DNA of 64,000 bases, taken from contig JAQVUX010000003.1 in the NCBI GenBank assembly GCA_028699255.1, positions 146,654 through 210,653 of the forward strand, given 5' to 3'. Within the stretch, counting starts at the first letter, position 1; every line of letters begins with the position of its first letter. The position numbers and the translations under genes are program-made. A model generated the notes under the pieces. That model did not search any database. It saw only the letters and a program-made list of their open reading frames with translations, and was not told where the DNA came from. Of the stretch, positions 46,918 to 56,846 are shown piece after piece. This stretch comes from Candidatus Omnitrophota bacterium. GTDB lineage: Bacteria; Omnitrophota; Gorgyraeia; 2-01-FULL-45-10.

Positions 46918-49725
46918 ATGGAACACATGGAAAAGAACTTTATTCTCATAAAAGGCGCCAGGGAGCATAATCTAAAAAATATAGATATTACCATACCCAG
47001 GGACAAGCTTGTAGTTGTGACCGGGCTATCCGGCTCCGGGAAATCGTCGCTCGCTTTCGACACCATATATGCCGAAGGCCAGCGCAGATACGTCGAGTCC
47101 CTTTCGAGTTACGCGCGTCAATTCTTAGATCAGCTCCAGAAGCCGGACGTCGATTACATCGACGGGCTTTCTCCCGCCATCAGTATCGAACAGAGGACGG
47201 CCGGCTCCAATCCCAGATCCACCGTAGGAACGCAAACGGAGATACATGATTATCTGCGCCTTCTGTATGCCAGCGTCGGGACACCTCACTGCCCGAAGTG
47301 CGGGAAAGCTATAACCAGACAGTCGGCGCAGGAGATAGTCGACCAGGTGCTCAAAGCCGCCGCCGGTGAAGAGTCGATACTTGTACTCGCCCCGCTCATA
47401 CGCGGCCGAAAAGGCGAATACAGGGAGTTGTTTAAAAAAGCGAGCGCCGACGGATTTGTCCGGGTAAGAGTGGACGGTAAAGTTTGCGAACTTGCCAACG
47501 CCATAAAATTGGACAAAAATAAAAAGCATGATATCGAAGTAGTTGTCGATCGTCTGGTAATAAAAGAGAATGTTAAAAAACGGCTTACCGATTCCATAGA
47601 ATCCGCCCTCGAGGCCGGAGGCGGCCTTGTGATAGTTAATTTTCAAAAACACAATACGAGCCACGACGTCCTTTTCAACGAACACTATGCCTGCGCCGAT
47701 TGCGGCATCAGCCTGGAAGAATTGACGCCGAGAATATTTTCATTCAATTCGCCGTATGGCGCCTGCCCGGAATGCGACGGGCTCGGTAACAAGATGGAGA
47801 TAGACCCGGATCTCGTTATAACCGATAAGACGAAGCCGGTTATCGATTCCGTCGATGCCTGGAGGCGCGGCGGGAAGGGGCTCTATCTTTATTACAGGCG
47901 GCTTATGCGTTCGCTCGCCCAGGAACACGGCTTCGACGTCCAGACGCCCTTTAAGGATCTTCCTAAAGATATTAAAAAATTAGTGCTTTACGGGGAAGGT
48001 AAAGGAAAAGGGTGGGGCGTATATGAAGGAGTCATACCTAACCTGGAAAGGCGGTTCCGCGAGACGGAAAGCGAATTCATAAAGACTGAAATCGGCAAAT
48101 ATATGTCCGTCCTGCCATGCCCTGTTTGCAACGGGAATAAACTGAAGCCCGAATCTCTCTCTGTCACGGTAGGCGGCAGGAATATCGCCGAGGTTTCCGC
48201 CATGGCGATAAAGGGACTGCGAACATTTATCGCGGGGCTTGATCTGACTCCGACGCAGGAGAATATAGCGCGTCAGGTGCTGAAGGAGATATCCTCGCGC
48301 CTGCAATTCATGATAGACGTTGGCCTCGACTACCTTACGCTCGACCGGCGCAGTTATACATTATCCGGCGGTGAGGCCCAGCGCATACGGCTTGCTACAC
48401 AGATAGGCTCCGGACTGGTTGGAGTCATCTATATCCTCGATGAGCCGAGCATAGGCTTACACCAGCGGGACAATTCGAAGCTTCTCGATACTCTTATTAA
48501 ATTGCGCGATCTCGGTAATACTCTCATCGTGGTTGAGCACGACGAGGCGACCATCCGGAAGGCCGACCACATAATCGATCTCGGCCCGGGCGCCGGTGAG
48601 CACGGCGGCCGCGTGATAGCGGAAGGTGGACTTAAGGACATACTCGCATCGAAAGACTCTCTCACGGGGAAATATCTGCGCGGTGAGTACCGGATAAATG
48701 CTCCATCCGGGCGGCGCAAGCCCGATAAGAAAAAGATACTGCGCATAATCGGCGCGCGGGAACACAACCTGAAGACTATAGATGTGGAGATACCGCTGGG
48801 CCTGTTCGTATGCGTAACGGGCGTGTCGGGTTCCGGCAAGAGCACACTTGTGGATGACATCCTGTATAAAACGCTGGCCAAAAAATTCTACCATTCCAAG
48901 GAACGGCCCGGAGAACATAAAAGGATAGAAGGCATACAGTTCATAGATAAGGTTGTTGTCATCGACCAGTCGCCCATCGGCAGGACGCCTCGCTCCAATC
49001 CCGCTACATACACGGGCGCGTTCTCATTCGTCAGGGATCTATTCTCTAAACTTCCGGAATCTAAGATACGGGGGTACAAACCGGGCCGTTTCAGTTTCAA
49101 CGTCAAGGGCGGCAGGTGTGAAGCGTGCATGGGCGACGGCATAAGAAAGATAGAAATGCACTTTCTGCCGGATATATACGTCCAATGTGAAGTATGTAAG
49201 GGCAAACGTTTCAACGCACAGACGCTCGAAGTGAAATTTAAGGGCAAATCGATCGCGGATGTCCTCGATACATCCATTGAGGAAGCGATGGAGCTTTTCG
49301 CGAACATCCCTTCGGTTAAAAATAAACTTAAAACCCTTAACGAGGTGGGCTTAGGTTATGTGCGCCTGGGGCAGTCGGCCACGACCCTTTCCGGCGGAGA
49401 AGCGCAGAGGATAAAGCTTGCCACCGAGCTGTCGAAGTCGGCGACGGGCAGGACCTTCTATATACTCGACGAGCCCACGACAGGGCTCCACTTTGCGGAC
49501 ATAGACAAATTGTTGTCCGTATTGCAGGCGCTTGTGCGCGGCGGCAATACGGTGCTGGTCATAGAGCATAATCTCGATGTGATAAAAACCTCCGACTACA
49601 TCATTGACCTCGGCCCGGAGGGCGGCGACGAAGGCGGGAGAGTAGTTGCGAGCGGTTCGCCCGAGGAAATAGCGAATAATGAGAGATCATATACCGGGCA
49701 GTATCTGAAGGAAACGTTGTGCTAA
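46918..49725 (+). CDS. uvrA: Excinuclease ABC subunit A
   Basis: Two ABC modules (GLSGSGKSS / LSGGEAQR; GVSGSGKST / LSGGEAQR) plus zinc-finger Cys clusters. Confidence 0.95.
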   Translation: MEHMEKNFILIKGAREHNLKNIDITIPRDKLVVVTGLSGSGKSSLAFDTIYAEGQRRYVESLSSYARQFLDQLQKPDVDYIDGLSPAISIEQRTAGSNPRSTVGTQTEIHDYLRLLYASVGTPHCPKCGKAITRQSAQEIVDQVLKAAAGEESILVLAPLIRGRKGEYRELFKKASADGFVRVRVDGKVCELANAIKLDKNKKHDIEVVVDRLVIKENVKKRLTDSIESALEAGGGLVIVNFQKHNTSHDVLFNEHYACADCGISLEELTPRIFSFNSPYGACPECDGLGNKMEIDPDLVITDKTKPVIDSVDAWRRGGKGLYLYYRRLMRSLAQEHGFDVQTPFKDLPKDIKKLVLYGEGKGKGWGVYEGVIPNLERRFRETESEFIKTEIGKYMSVLPCPVCNGNKLKPESLSVTVGGRNIAEVSAMAIKGLRTFIAGLDLTPTQENIARQVLKEISSRLQFMIDVGLDYLTLDRRSYTLSGGEAQRIRLATQIGSGLVGVIYILDEPSIGLHQRDNSKLLDTLIKLRDLGNTLIVVEHDEATIRKADHIIDLGPGAGEHGGRVIAEGGLKDILASKDSLTGKYLRGEYRINAPSGRRKPDKKKILRIIGAREHNLKTIDVEIPLGLFVCVTGVSGSGKSTLVDDILYKTLAKKFYHSKERPGEHKRIEGIQFIDKVVVIDQSPIGRTPRSNPATYTGAFSFVRDLFSKLPESKIRGYKPGRFSFNVKGGRCEACMGDGIRKIEMHFLPDIYVQCEVCKGKRFNAQTLEVKFKGKSIADVLDTSIEEAMELFANIPSVKNKLKTLNEVGLGYVRLGQSATTLSGGEAQRIKLATELSKSATGRTFYILDEPTTGLHFADIDKLLSVLQALVRGGNTVLVIEHNLDVIKTSDYIIDLGPEGGDEGGRVVASGSPEEIANNERSYTGQYLKETLC

Positions 49726-52073
49726 CGTATAGCCTGAAAAGAAAAATGCTGTTTTTTTTGGTGATCGCGGCGATCTTTCTGCAGGCACATTCGGTATCGG
49801 CGCAGAATATTGAAGACGGGGATATCGTTATCGCCAAAGATGCTTTTAAGAACGGGCTTTATGATATAGCCGGCGAGCGGTTTGAAGCCATATTGCGTAA
49901 TTACCCCGATACCGCGCGCGTATATGAGATACATTCGCTTCTGGGTAAATGCTACTATTATCAGAATAAACTTTCCCGGGCGTCGTATGAATTTGACATT
50001 GTCATTAACGCGCCCGCGGGAAGCGATTCCCAGGATGAGGCCCTGTACTGGTCCGGAGAGATATCGCTCAAGTCGGGCGAACTTAAAAAAGCGCTCGGTT
50101 TTTATCAACAGACCATAGACGCGTTTCCGTCATCGAAATATATAAGCTACGCTCTTTATTCAAAAGGATGGTGTTATTATAAGTTAGGCCTTCTTGAAGA
50201 CGCCGTTTCCTGTTTCAAAGACACCGCCGCGAAGTATCCGCTTGAAAAAGCGGCACCCGATGCGCAGTTTTTGGCAGGTGAATGCCATTACCTGATGGCC
50301 AGATATGCCCCTGCCGAAAAGGAACTCAAAGAGTTTACGGAAAAGTTCCCGCTTTCCGGGAAGACGGCCGAGGCTTATTATCTTTTGGGCGATACGAGTT
50401 TCTATCTTTCGAAATATACCGACGCCGTAAACTATTTCCAGCGCGCTCTCGCGATATCACCCACAGCGGCATGGGCGCCGTTTGCCGAATATCGTATCGC
50501 CGCCGCGCTTTACCAGGCCGGTGATTACGCCGCGAGCATCAAAGGTTACAGGAAATGCCTATCCAGGCGTTCAAGCGGCCTCATCGAAGGCTCGATCCTC
50601 CTCGGGCTTGCCCGTAATTACGAGAAGACCGGCATGACCGTGGACGCTATGGAGGCCTATGACGGCGTGATAGCGATGCGTTCCAGAGGCGATGTTGTGG
50701 CGGAGGCATATTACCGAAAAGCGCGCCTTTTATCGGATCTCGGCAGGCACGACGAGGCTGAAAGGCTTTGCAGGGAGGGCATAGAGAAATTCCCGGATTC
50801 CAAATATACCGATAACCTGCACAGTGAATTGGCCCGATCGTATTCGATGCAGGATGCGAAGCAGGGGGAGGCCATAAAAGAGTTCCGCCGCGTGTGCGAT
50901 GTGTCGAAGGATCCGTCTTTGATCGCGGATGCGCTTGTCGGGATGGGCGACATATATCTGGCGGCCAAAGATGACGGTAAAGCGATAGCGAGTTACGACA
51001 TGGCCCTGAACAGGTATCCCGACAGTCGCGTGGCCGCCTACGCGCAGATACGGCTCGGGGATGTTTTTTTAGAGACGGGTAACCTCGACCAGGCGGCCCT
51101 GGCGTATCAGAGCGCGCTTGCCAATTTCCCGGATACTTCGTTTAAGGAGAAGGTGCTTCTTTCGCTCGCCATCGTCGATTTTCGTAAGGGTGATTTCGAA
51201 CGGGCCGTGTCAGGGTTTACAAATTTATTCAAAGCGTTTCCCGGCAATAAAAACAATGCGCGCATCAGGCTTTATCTGGCTGATTCTATGTATAACGCAG
51301 GAGATTACCCAGCCGCTCTGGCGCTCTACAAAGAGATAGAAAAAGATGCTCCCAGCGTGGAGCTTAAAGCGGCGGCCGGTTATCAGGCCGGGTGGAGTCT
51401 TTTAAATATGGGCAGGGATTCTCAGGCTATCGATGAGTTTGGCAGGCTCTTGAAAAATTATCCGCTTTCCGGCGTGGCTTACGATGCAAGATTTGAACTT
51501 GCGGAATATTATGCCTCGAAGGGAAAATATGATACGGCACGGGAATACTATTATTCGATAGCGAAGGCTATCCCTGCCGTAGATCTTACCGAAAAGGCTC
51601 TTTACGAGGCGGCGCTCACATACTGCAGGCAAAATAGGACGCAGGAGGCTGTTGACGGGATCGATGAGCTGGCGGTAAAATTCCCGGGATCAGTTTACGC
51701 AAGGAACGGTTACAGGAAGATAGCGAATATTAAAAAAGATTCCGGTGATTTTACCGGGTCGGTTGTTTATCTGCGAAAAGCGCTCGGTAGCGAGAACAAT
51801 GAATTTAACGCGCAGGTACAGTACGAGATTGCCGAAGCTATAGAGAAGGTAGGGGCTCTTCAGGGGGCCGCCGCGGAATATCTTAAGGTTCCGGAGCTGT
51901 ATCCAAAGGGCGCTTTCTGGGCCGTCCGGGCGCAGTTGAGATCCGCCCAGATTTTTGAAAAAACGGGCGCGTTTGGCGAGGCGGGAAAATTATATGAGAA
52001 GTTGGCTGATATGGATGTAGAGGAATCTTCGTTCGCGAAGGAACGGTTACAGAAGTTAAGGAAAGCCAAATAG
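49719..52073 (+). CDS. Large tetratricopeptide-repeat protein with a signal peptide (YbgF/CpoB-like TPR, greatly expanded)
   Basis: Many TPR-like helical repeats throughout, e.g. [28 protein letters not shown]. The start could be the ATG at 49746 ([19 protein letters not shown]). Confidence 0.65.
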   Translation: MLTYSLKRKMLFFLVIAAIFLQAHSVSAQNIEDGDIVIAKDAFKNGLYDIAGERFEAILRNYPDTARVYEIHSLLGKCYYYQNKLSRASYEFDIVINAPAGSDSQDEALYWSGEISLKSGELKKALGFYQQTIDAFPSSKYISYALYSKGWCYYKLGLLEDAVSCFKDTAAKYPLEKAAPDAQFLAGECHYLMARYAPAEKELKEFTEKFPLSGKTAEAYYLLGDTSFYLSKYTDAVNYFQRALAISPTAAWAPFAEYRIAAALYQAGDYAASIKGYRKCLSRRSSGLIEGSILLGLARNYEKTGMTVDAMEAYDGVIAMRSRGDVVAEAYYRKARLLSDLGRHDEAERLCREGIEKFPDSKYTDNLHSELARSYSMQDAKQGEAIKEFRRVCDVSKDPSLIADALVGMGDIYLAAKDDGKAIASYDMALNRYPDSRVAAYAQIRLGDVFLETGNLDQAALAYQSALANFPDTSFKEKVLLSLAIVDFRKGDFERAVSGFTNLFKAFPGNKNNARIRLYLADSMYNAGDYPAALALYKEIEKDAPSVELKAAAGYQAGWSLLNMGRDSQAIDEFGRLLKNYPLSGVAYDARFELAEYYASKGKYDTAREYYYSIAKAIPAVDLTEKALYEAALTYCRQNRTQEAVDGIDELAVKFPGSVYARNGYRKIANIKKDSGDFTGSVVYLRKALGSENNEFNAQVQYEIAEAIEKVGALQGAAAEYLKVPELYPKGAFWAVRAQLRSAQIFEKTGAFGEAGKLYEKLADMDVEESSFAKERLQKLRKAK

Positions 52074-52074
52074 A

Positions 52075-52126
52075 ATAACCGCGTAAGGTTATCTGTGGGT
52101 CAATGCATGGTTAACCTGAGCGGTTA
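52075..52126. repeat. Inverted pair of TAACCGCGTAGGTTA-family motifs (ATAACCGCGTAAGGTTAT-N17-TTAACCTGAGCGGTTAG) upstream of tolQ/exbB
   Basis: Seen directly. Confidence 0.65.
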
Positions 52127-52143
52127 GCCGAATAGGAGGGTGT

Positions 52144-52776
52144 ATGTGGGATCTGATCAATAAGGGCGGACCGATGATGTACCTGATAATATTAGCGTCG
52201 ATCCTGGCGTTAGGTGTCGTCATAGACCGGATATATAATTTGCGCAAGGCAAAGATAGACGCGGATAAGTTTATGGATGGCGTTACCGCCGTTTTAAAAA
52301 GGAATAAAGTTATCGAGGCGATAGAGATGTGCAATAAGACTCCCGGGCCGATAGCGCATATAATAAAGGCGGGCATACTGAAACACGACAGATCGAAGCC
52401 GGAGATAAAGGAGGCGGTCGAAGAGGCGGCAGGGCTCGAGATACCGCGCCTTGAGAAGCACCTGCCGATACTTGCTACCATCGCGCACATAGCTCCGCTC
52501 CTCGGGCTTTTGGGTACCGTAACGGGCATGATAAAATCGTTCCAGGTAATACAGGCGAAGGCGCTTGTCCTGGCTCCGGTAAATCCCGGCGATCTGGCCG
52601 GCGGCATATGGGAAGCGCTCCTTGCGACGGTGGCGGGGCTTGCGGTCGCTATTCCGACTTACGTCGCTTATAATTACCTGACGAGCCAGGTTGATACGTT
52701 AGTATATGACATGGAGAGAAGCGCCACTGACCTGGTGAACCTGCTTTCGTCCCGGAGGGATACGTATGAAGTTTAA
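52144..52776 (+). CDS. MotA/TolQ/ExbB proton-channel protein
   Basis: Three TM helices with the conserved TolQ/ExbB C-terminal helices (APLLGLLGTV.GMI). Confidence 0.8.
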   Translation: MWDLINKGGPMMYLIILASILALGVVIDRIYNLRKAKIDADKFMDGVTAVLKRNKVIEAIEMCNKTPGPIAHIIKAGILKHDRSKPEIKEAVEEAAGLEIPRLEKHLPILATIAHIAPLLGLLGTVTGMIKSFQVIQAKALVLAPVNPGDLAGGIWEALLATVAGLAVAIPTYVAYNYLTSQVDTLVYDMERSATDLVNLLSSRRDTYEV

Positions 52777-53158
52777 GAGGCGCCCGAAGCCGGAACATGG
52801 GCTGATAGAGATGACGCCGCTTATCAACGTCTTCTTCCTGCTTTTTATATTTTTCGCGTTCACATCCAGTTTCATATTTCAACCGGGGATAAAGGTAAAT
52901 CTTCCTAAGGCCGTAACGAGTGAAGTCGTCCAGCAGGACAGCGCGGTTATAGTTGTTACCGGCGACGACAAGATATATCTGAATGACCGGGAGATATCAC
53001 ACGACGAGCTTTTGTCCAATCTACGGCTGATGGCAAAAGAAAATAGGCCGCTCCTGATAAAGGCCGACAACCATGCCTCACTCGGCAGGATAGTGGAGGT
53101 CTGGGATATGTGCAGGCGCGAGGGCGTGTCGCAGGCGAACATCGCCACTAACAGGTAG
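52766..53158 (+). CDS. ExbD/TolR biopolymer transport protein
   Basis: Single TM helix (MTPLINVFFLLFIFF) and a periplasmic ExbD domain (...IKADNHASLGRIVEVWDMCRREGV). Confidence 0.8.
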   Translation: MKFKRRPKPEHGLIEMTPLINVFFLLFIFFAFTSSFIFQPGIKVNLPKAVTSEVVQQDSAVIVVTGDDKIYLNDREISHDELLSNLRLMAKENRPLLIKADNHASLGRIVEVWDMCRREGVSQANIATNR

Positions 53159-53163
53159 GATCT

Positions 53164-53580
53164 TTGATGGCAGGCGTAAAATTTATAACGAAAGTTTTTA
53201 AGGACGAAACCCGCAGAATATTCGTGATGGCCATAATGGCATCGCTTTTGTTTCACGTATTCTGGTTATGTGCCGTAAGGATTGTGTCTAAGCCGGACGA
53301 TGACGGCAGGCTGAAATTTTCCAAAGTGTCATTTTTAGGCCCGCTTTTAAACACGAGCTCCATGGAACTGCAGTCACGGCCTAAAGAACGCTCGTTCCTC
53401 GAGAAGAGATATTTTGATGCCGCCAAACGCATCCCAATAGTTTTTATTCCGAACGCGGATATATACGCCGATAGGTACGAACCGGCCAACGATGCCTATC
53501 ACTTGCGGGACGAAAGGATAACGGCGGCTATAGATGAGGCGCTTATAGGGGAAAAGTTGGGGTTGTCTTCAGACGAATAA
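53164..53580 (+). CDS. Hypothetical membrane-anchored protein occupying the TonB/TolA position, but without Pro-rich or TonB C-terminal features
   Basis: One TM helix at residues ~18-38 and a ~100 aa soluble region with no recognisable motif. Confidence 0.4.
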   Translation: MMAGVKFITKVFKDETRRIFVMAIMASLLFHVFWLCAVRIVSKPDDDGRLKFSKVSFLGPLLNTSSMELQSRPKERSFLEKRYFDAAKRIPIVFIPNADIYADRYEPANDAYHLRDERITAAIDEALIGEKLGLSSDE

Positions 53581-53596
53581 TAGTTCTGTCGCGCCC

Positions 53597-53866
53597 TTGA
53601 CTATTAATATAATTATGATAAAATTGGACATAGGTACTTTAGTATTCTTTTATACGCTATTTTCAGCTGTACTTATCCTGTTATTTTGGGTATTTGCAGG
53701 GTACAAGAATTCGGCAGTGCGAAAAGCGCGGGATACGGATTACATGTGGCGATGCTCGGTATGCTCGCATTCATACGTAGATTCGAAACATGATGAGATG
53801 TCCGTTTGCCCTTTATGCGGCAGTTATAATAAAAAGGATGCGATTGAAAAGGAGGCAGGTAAATGA
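53597..53866 (+). CDS. Small membrane protein with a C-terminal zinc-ribbon (CSVCSH...CPLCG)
   Basis: TM helix followed by CxxC-x16-CxxC. Start could be the ATG at 53615. Confidence 0.4.
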   Translation: MTINIIMIKLDIGTLVFFYTLFSAVLILLFWVFAGYKNSAVRKARDTDYMWRCSVCSHSYVDSKHDEMSVCPLCGSYNKKDAIEKEAGK

Positions 53867-54063
53867 TTACGGAGATAGGCATTACCGCCGGAGATATATG
53901 GCATTATCTTGATGAAAACGGGAAGAGCTCGTTGTCCCAGATCGTAAAAGGCATAGATACCGAAAAAGAAAGACTCCTGATGAGCATAGGATGGCTTGCC
54001 AGAGAAGGGCATGTCATAGTTGAAAAGGCCGGTCAGGATTATCAGATATATTTGAGAAGATAG
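53863..54063 (+). CDS. Small winged-helix protein (DUF2582-like wHTH, 66 aa)
   Basis: ITAGDIWHYLDENGKSSLSQIVKGI...SIGWLAREGHV resembles the small wHTH DUF2582 family. Start overlaps the upstream ORF (ATGA). Confidence 0.45.
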   Translation: MITEIGITAGDIWHYLDENGKSSLSQIVKGIDTEKERLLMSIGWLAREGHVIVEKAGQDYQIYLRR

Positions 54064-54133
54064 CCCCGTCCGGAGCGAAAACCGGGGGCGGGACGATTTA
54101 CCTGACTCAAACAATAGTAAATCGGAGGTAACT

Positions 54134-54406
54134 ATGGAAGAGAAGAAGAGCGCGCGTGACGATGAACAGGTTCCCATAGTTGCTCCTTTAAAGGTGTTGG
54201 GCCAGAAGACGATAAACAAACGGTTCGGATGGTGGTCCGCGGTCGTCCTTCTGGAGAGTTACGGCAGGAAACAGGTGTGTTTCTACCTGTGGCAGAAGAA
54301 GGAAGACGGCGGTTGGAAGCGCAAGCAGAAGTTTGCGGTGCATAATCAGGAAGACTGGGAGCTGATCCAGAACGCCGTGGTTGGAATGATCGGCGAATTG
54401 ACCTGA
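54134..54406 (+). CDS. Hypothetical protein (90 aa)
   Basis: ORF with RBS ggaggt; no recognisable motif. Confidence 0.35.
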   Translation: MEEKKSARDDEQVPIVAPLKVLGQKTINKRFGWWSAVVLLESYGRKQVCFYLWQKKEDGGWKRKQKFAVHNQEDWELIQNAVVGMIGELT

Positions 54407-54454
54407 TGAAGTTTCAACGCAATCCGCCTTTTCTCGATCTCTTACCCCCGCCTT

Positions 54455-54799
54455 ATGGCAAATCGTAAAACTATTATGAGCCGAGATTTTTGCATAATCC
54501 TGGCGCAATGCGCCTCACAAAAAGAAGCGGATGCCATCCGGTCTGCGTTGTTAAAGGGCCGGTTAGCGGCGTGCGTTAATATATTGAAAGGTGTTGATTC
54601 GAGATTTTGGTGGAATGGCAAGGTCGACAGGGCGAAGGAAGTCCTTCTGATGGCCAAGTCTCGTAGGACAAATTTTAACCGGATAGCCAAAGAAATAAAA
54701 CGCCTGCATAGTTATGATGTTCCCGAGATAATTGCTATCCCGATAATAGCGGGAAGCGGGGATTATTTGGGATGGATCAGGAAGAATACGAAGGCGTGA
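54455..54799 (+). CDS. cutA: Divalent-cation tolerance protein CutA
   Basis: CutA1 features (CVNIL.GV.S.FWW.G, YDVPEIIAIPII.GSGDYL.W). Start is the ATG at 54455 or 54476. Confidence 0.7.
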   Translation: MANRKTIMSRDFCIILAQCASQKEADAIRSALLKGRLAACVNILKGVDSRFWWNGKVDRAKEVLLMAKSRRTNFNRIAKEIKRLHSYDVPEIIAIPIIAGSGDYLGWIRKNTKA

Positions 54800-54921
54800 G
54801 GCGAAAATTTCGGAGGTTGATTGATGTTCCGAAAGCACTCTATTTAATCTTACTTAAATCAGAGATTTAAGTAAGATTGTTGTTTCGATTTCGATGCGAA
54901 AATTTCAAGAGAAATTTTCAG

Positions 54922-54997
54922 GGGGCAGTAGCTCAGCTGGGAGAGCACCACGTTCGCAACGTGGGGGTCGTGGGTTCGAATCCCATCTGCTCCACCA
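54922..54997 (+). tRNA. tRNA-Ala (anticodon CGC)
   Basis: Folded by hand: acceptor GGGGCAG/CUGCUCC with the G3:U70 Ala identity pair, D-arm GCUC-AGCUGGGA-GAGC, anticodon stem CCACG/CGUGG, loop UUCGCAA, T-arm GUGGG-UUCGAAU-CCCAU, and an encoded CCA. Confidence 0.9.
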
Positions 54998-55360
54998 TAC
55001 TCTGAAAACTTTTCGAAGAAAGTTTTCAGGTCCTGGCGTTTCAGATACTTCGATTTTGCTATGCAAAATCGAAGGACTCAGTAAACTTTTCGAAGAAGAT
55101 TTTCAGGTCCTGGCGTTTAAGATATACCGATTTTTCTCTGAAAAATCGGTATACTCAAAACTTCTTGAAAGGAAATTTTAAGGGCCTGGGGTTTGATAAG
55201 TTTCGATTTTTTCTCTGAAAAAATCGAAGTACTCTGAAAATCTGTCGAAGAAGATTTTCAGGTCCTGGCGTTTAAGATACTTCGATTTTCCTCCGGAAAA
55301 TCGAAGGACTCAGTAAACTTTTCGAAGAAGATTTTCAGGTCCTGGAGTCTAAGGACTCAA
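54998..55360. repeat. Tandem array of five ~80 bp repeats, each containing the hairpin CGATTTT-N8-AAAATCG and the conserved GATTTTCAGGTCCTGGCGTTTAAGATAC block; repeat-like sequence continues upstream of the tRNA at 54840-54921
   Basis: Seen directly. Unit starts are near 54998, 55078, 55158, 55238 and 55312, and the last unit is truncated at the 55368 gene start. Sequence just 5' of the tRNA (ttcgatttcgatgcgaaaatttcaagagaaattttcaggggg) mimics a unit. Confidence 0.75.
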
Positions 55361-55367
55361 AAAAACT

Positions 55368-56846
55368 ATGAAATTGTTTTTTGTATTAGCGCTTTTGTTC
55401 CTCACTTCAACCGTTTTTGCCGAAGATATGAAAAAATCCGACCTTGCAGGCACATGGTACCCGGCGGATAAGGCAGAACTGGCCGACTTGCTCGGCTCAT
55501 ACCTTGATTCCGCGAAACCGATAAAGATAGAGGGCCAGGTACTGGCCATTATTTCTCCTCATGCCGGTTATCAATTTTCCGGCCCTGTGGCGGCTTACGG
55601 TTTTAAGGTCGTGAATGCCGGTAGTATTAAAACGGTTATCGTTATAGGGTTCAGCCATCGAAGGCGTTTCGACGGGATATCGGTTTACGCTAAAGGCGGA
55701 TGGAGCACGCCGCTCGGCGACATAGCTATCGACGAGAAACTTGCCGCGCAGATAGTTTCGAAAAATAAACGTTTGCGTTTTGAGCCGGGGCTTTTCGATG
55801 AAGAGAACTCCGTCGAGATGCAGATGCCGTTTATAGAACTTGCCTTTAAAGGTGCGCGGGTAGTGCCGGTAGCTTTCGGTACGCAGGATTACGGCGACGC
55901 TGAGATATTGGCCGACGCGCTTGCCACCGTCCTCAAGGATAGGAACGATGTGCTCATAGTCGCCTCCACGGACCTTTCGCATTTCCATCCTTACCAGGAC
56001 GCAAATGCCATCGATAAAAATCTTATAAAGATATTGGAAGAGATGAAGGCGAGAAAACTTTACGATGCGGCCATCATGGGAGAATGCGAACTTTGCGGTA
56101 TGATGCCTGTTACGGCGACACTTCTTACGGCGGAAAAACTCGGCGTCGGCGATATCGAGGTATTGAAATACGCCAATTCCGGGGATACCTTTGGCGATAA
56201 GAAGCAGGTTGTCGGATATTTAAGCGCGGCAATCTATAAAAAAGGAACGCGGGATACGGATAACGGGCAGAGGCAGGCCGGGAAGACTATGTTGAACGAC
56301 GCCCAGCGCAAGCGGCTATTACAGATAGCGCGAGAGTCGATAATCGGCTATGTGAAGAACGGCAAGCGGATGGAGTTTGCGGAGGATGACCCGGTTCTTA
56401 ATAAAGAGATGGGCGCGTTCGTTACATTGCATGAAGGCGGCCAGTTGCGCGGGTGCATCGGTAATATGTCAGGCCAGGGGGCTTTGTATAAAACGGTGGC
56501 GGATATGGCGATAGAGGCGGCAACGGGCGATCCTCGTTTTCCCACCCTGACCGCGGCTGAGATAGGCAGGATCAAGATAGAAATATCTGCGCTGTCGCCT
56601 TTAAAAAAGGTTGCGGGCTATAAAGATGTAAAAATACCCGGCGACGGCGTTGTGGTAAAATCGGGATCCCGCAGCGGTGTATTCCTGCCGCAGGTGGCGG
56701 ATGAGACCGGATGGGGCAGGGACGAGTTTCTCTCGTATCTTTGCGCTCATAAAGCGGGTTTGCCGCCGTCTGCCTGGAAAGATCCGAAGACGGAGATTTA
56801 CGTGTTTTCTGCGGAAGTTTTTGGAGAAAAGGAGGATGGGCGATGA
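55368..56846 (+). CDS. Fusion protein: N-terminal signal peptide + Memo-like domain (AmmeMemoRadiSam system protein B) + AMMECR1 domain (system protein A)
   Basis: MKLFFVLALLFLTSTVFA signal-like segment. Memo motifs AGTWYP, SPHAGYQFSG and DLSHFH. AMMECR1 hallmark GAFVTLHEGGQLRGCIG. Confidence 0.7.
   Translation: MKLFFVLALLFLTSTVFAEDMKKSDLAGTWYPADKAELADLLGSYLDSAKPIKIEGQVLAIISPHAGYQFSGPVAAYGFKVVNAGSIKTVIVIGFSHRRRFDGISVYAKGGWSTPLGDIAIDEKLAAQIVSKNKRLRFEPGLFDEENSVEMQMPFIELAFKGARVVPVAFGTQDYGDAEILADALATVLKDRNDVLIVASTDLSHFHPYQDANAIDKNLIKILEEMKARKLYDAAIMGECELCGMMPVTATLLTAEKLGVGDIEVLKYANSGDTFGDKKQVVGYLSAAIYKKGTRDTDNGQRQAGKTMLNDAQRKRLLQIARESIIGYVKNGKRMEFAEDDPVLNKEMGAFVTLHEGGQLRGCIGNMSGQGALYKTVADMAIEAATGDPRFPTLTAAEIGRIKIEISALSPLKKVAGYKDVKIPGDGVVVKSGSRSGVFLPQVADETGWGRDEFLSYLCAHKAGLPPSAWKDPKTEIYVFSAEVFGEKEDGR

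Noticed and set aside
54894-55181. 95 aa + strand ORF
   Set aside because: It spans the tRNA-Ala gene and the downstream tandem repeats. Its translation (SSAGRAPRSQRGGRGFESHLLHH) is just the tRNA read as protein.
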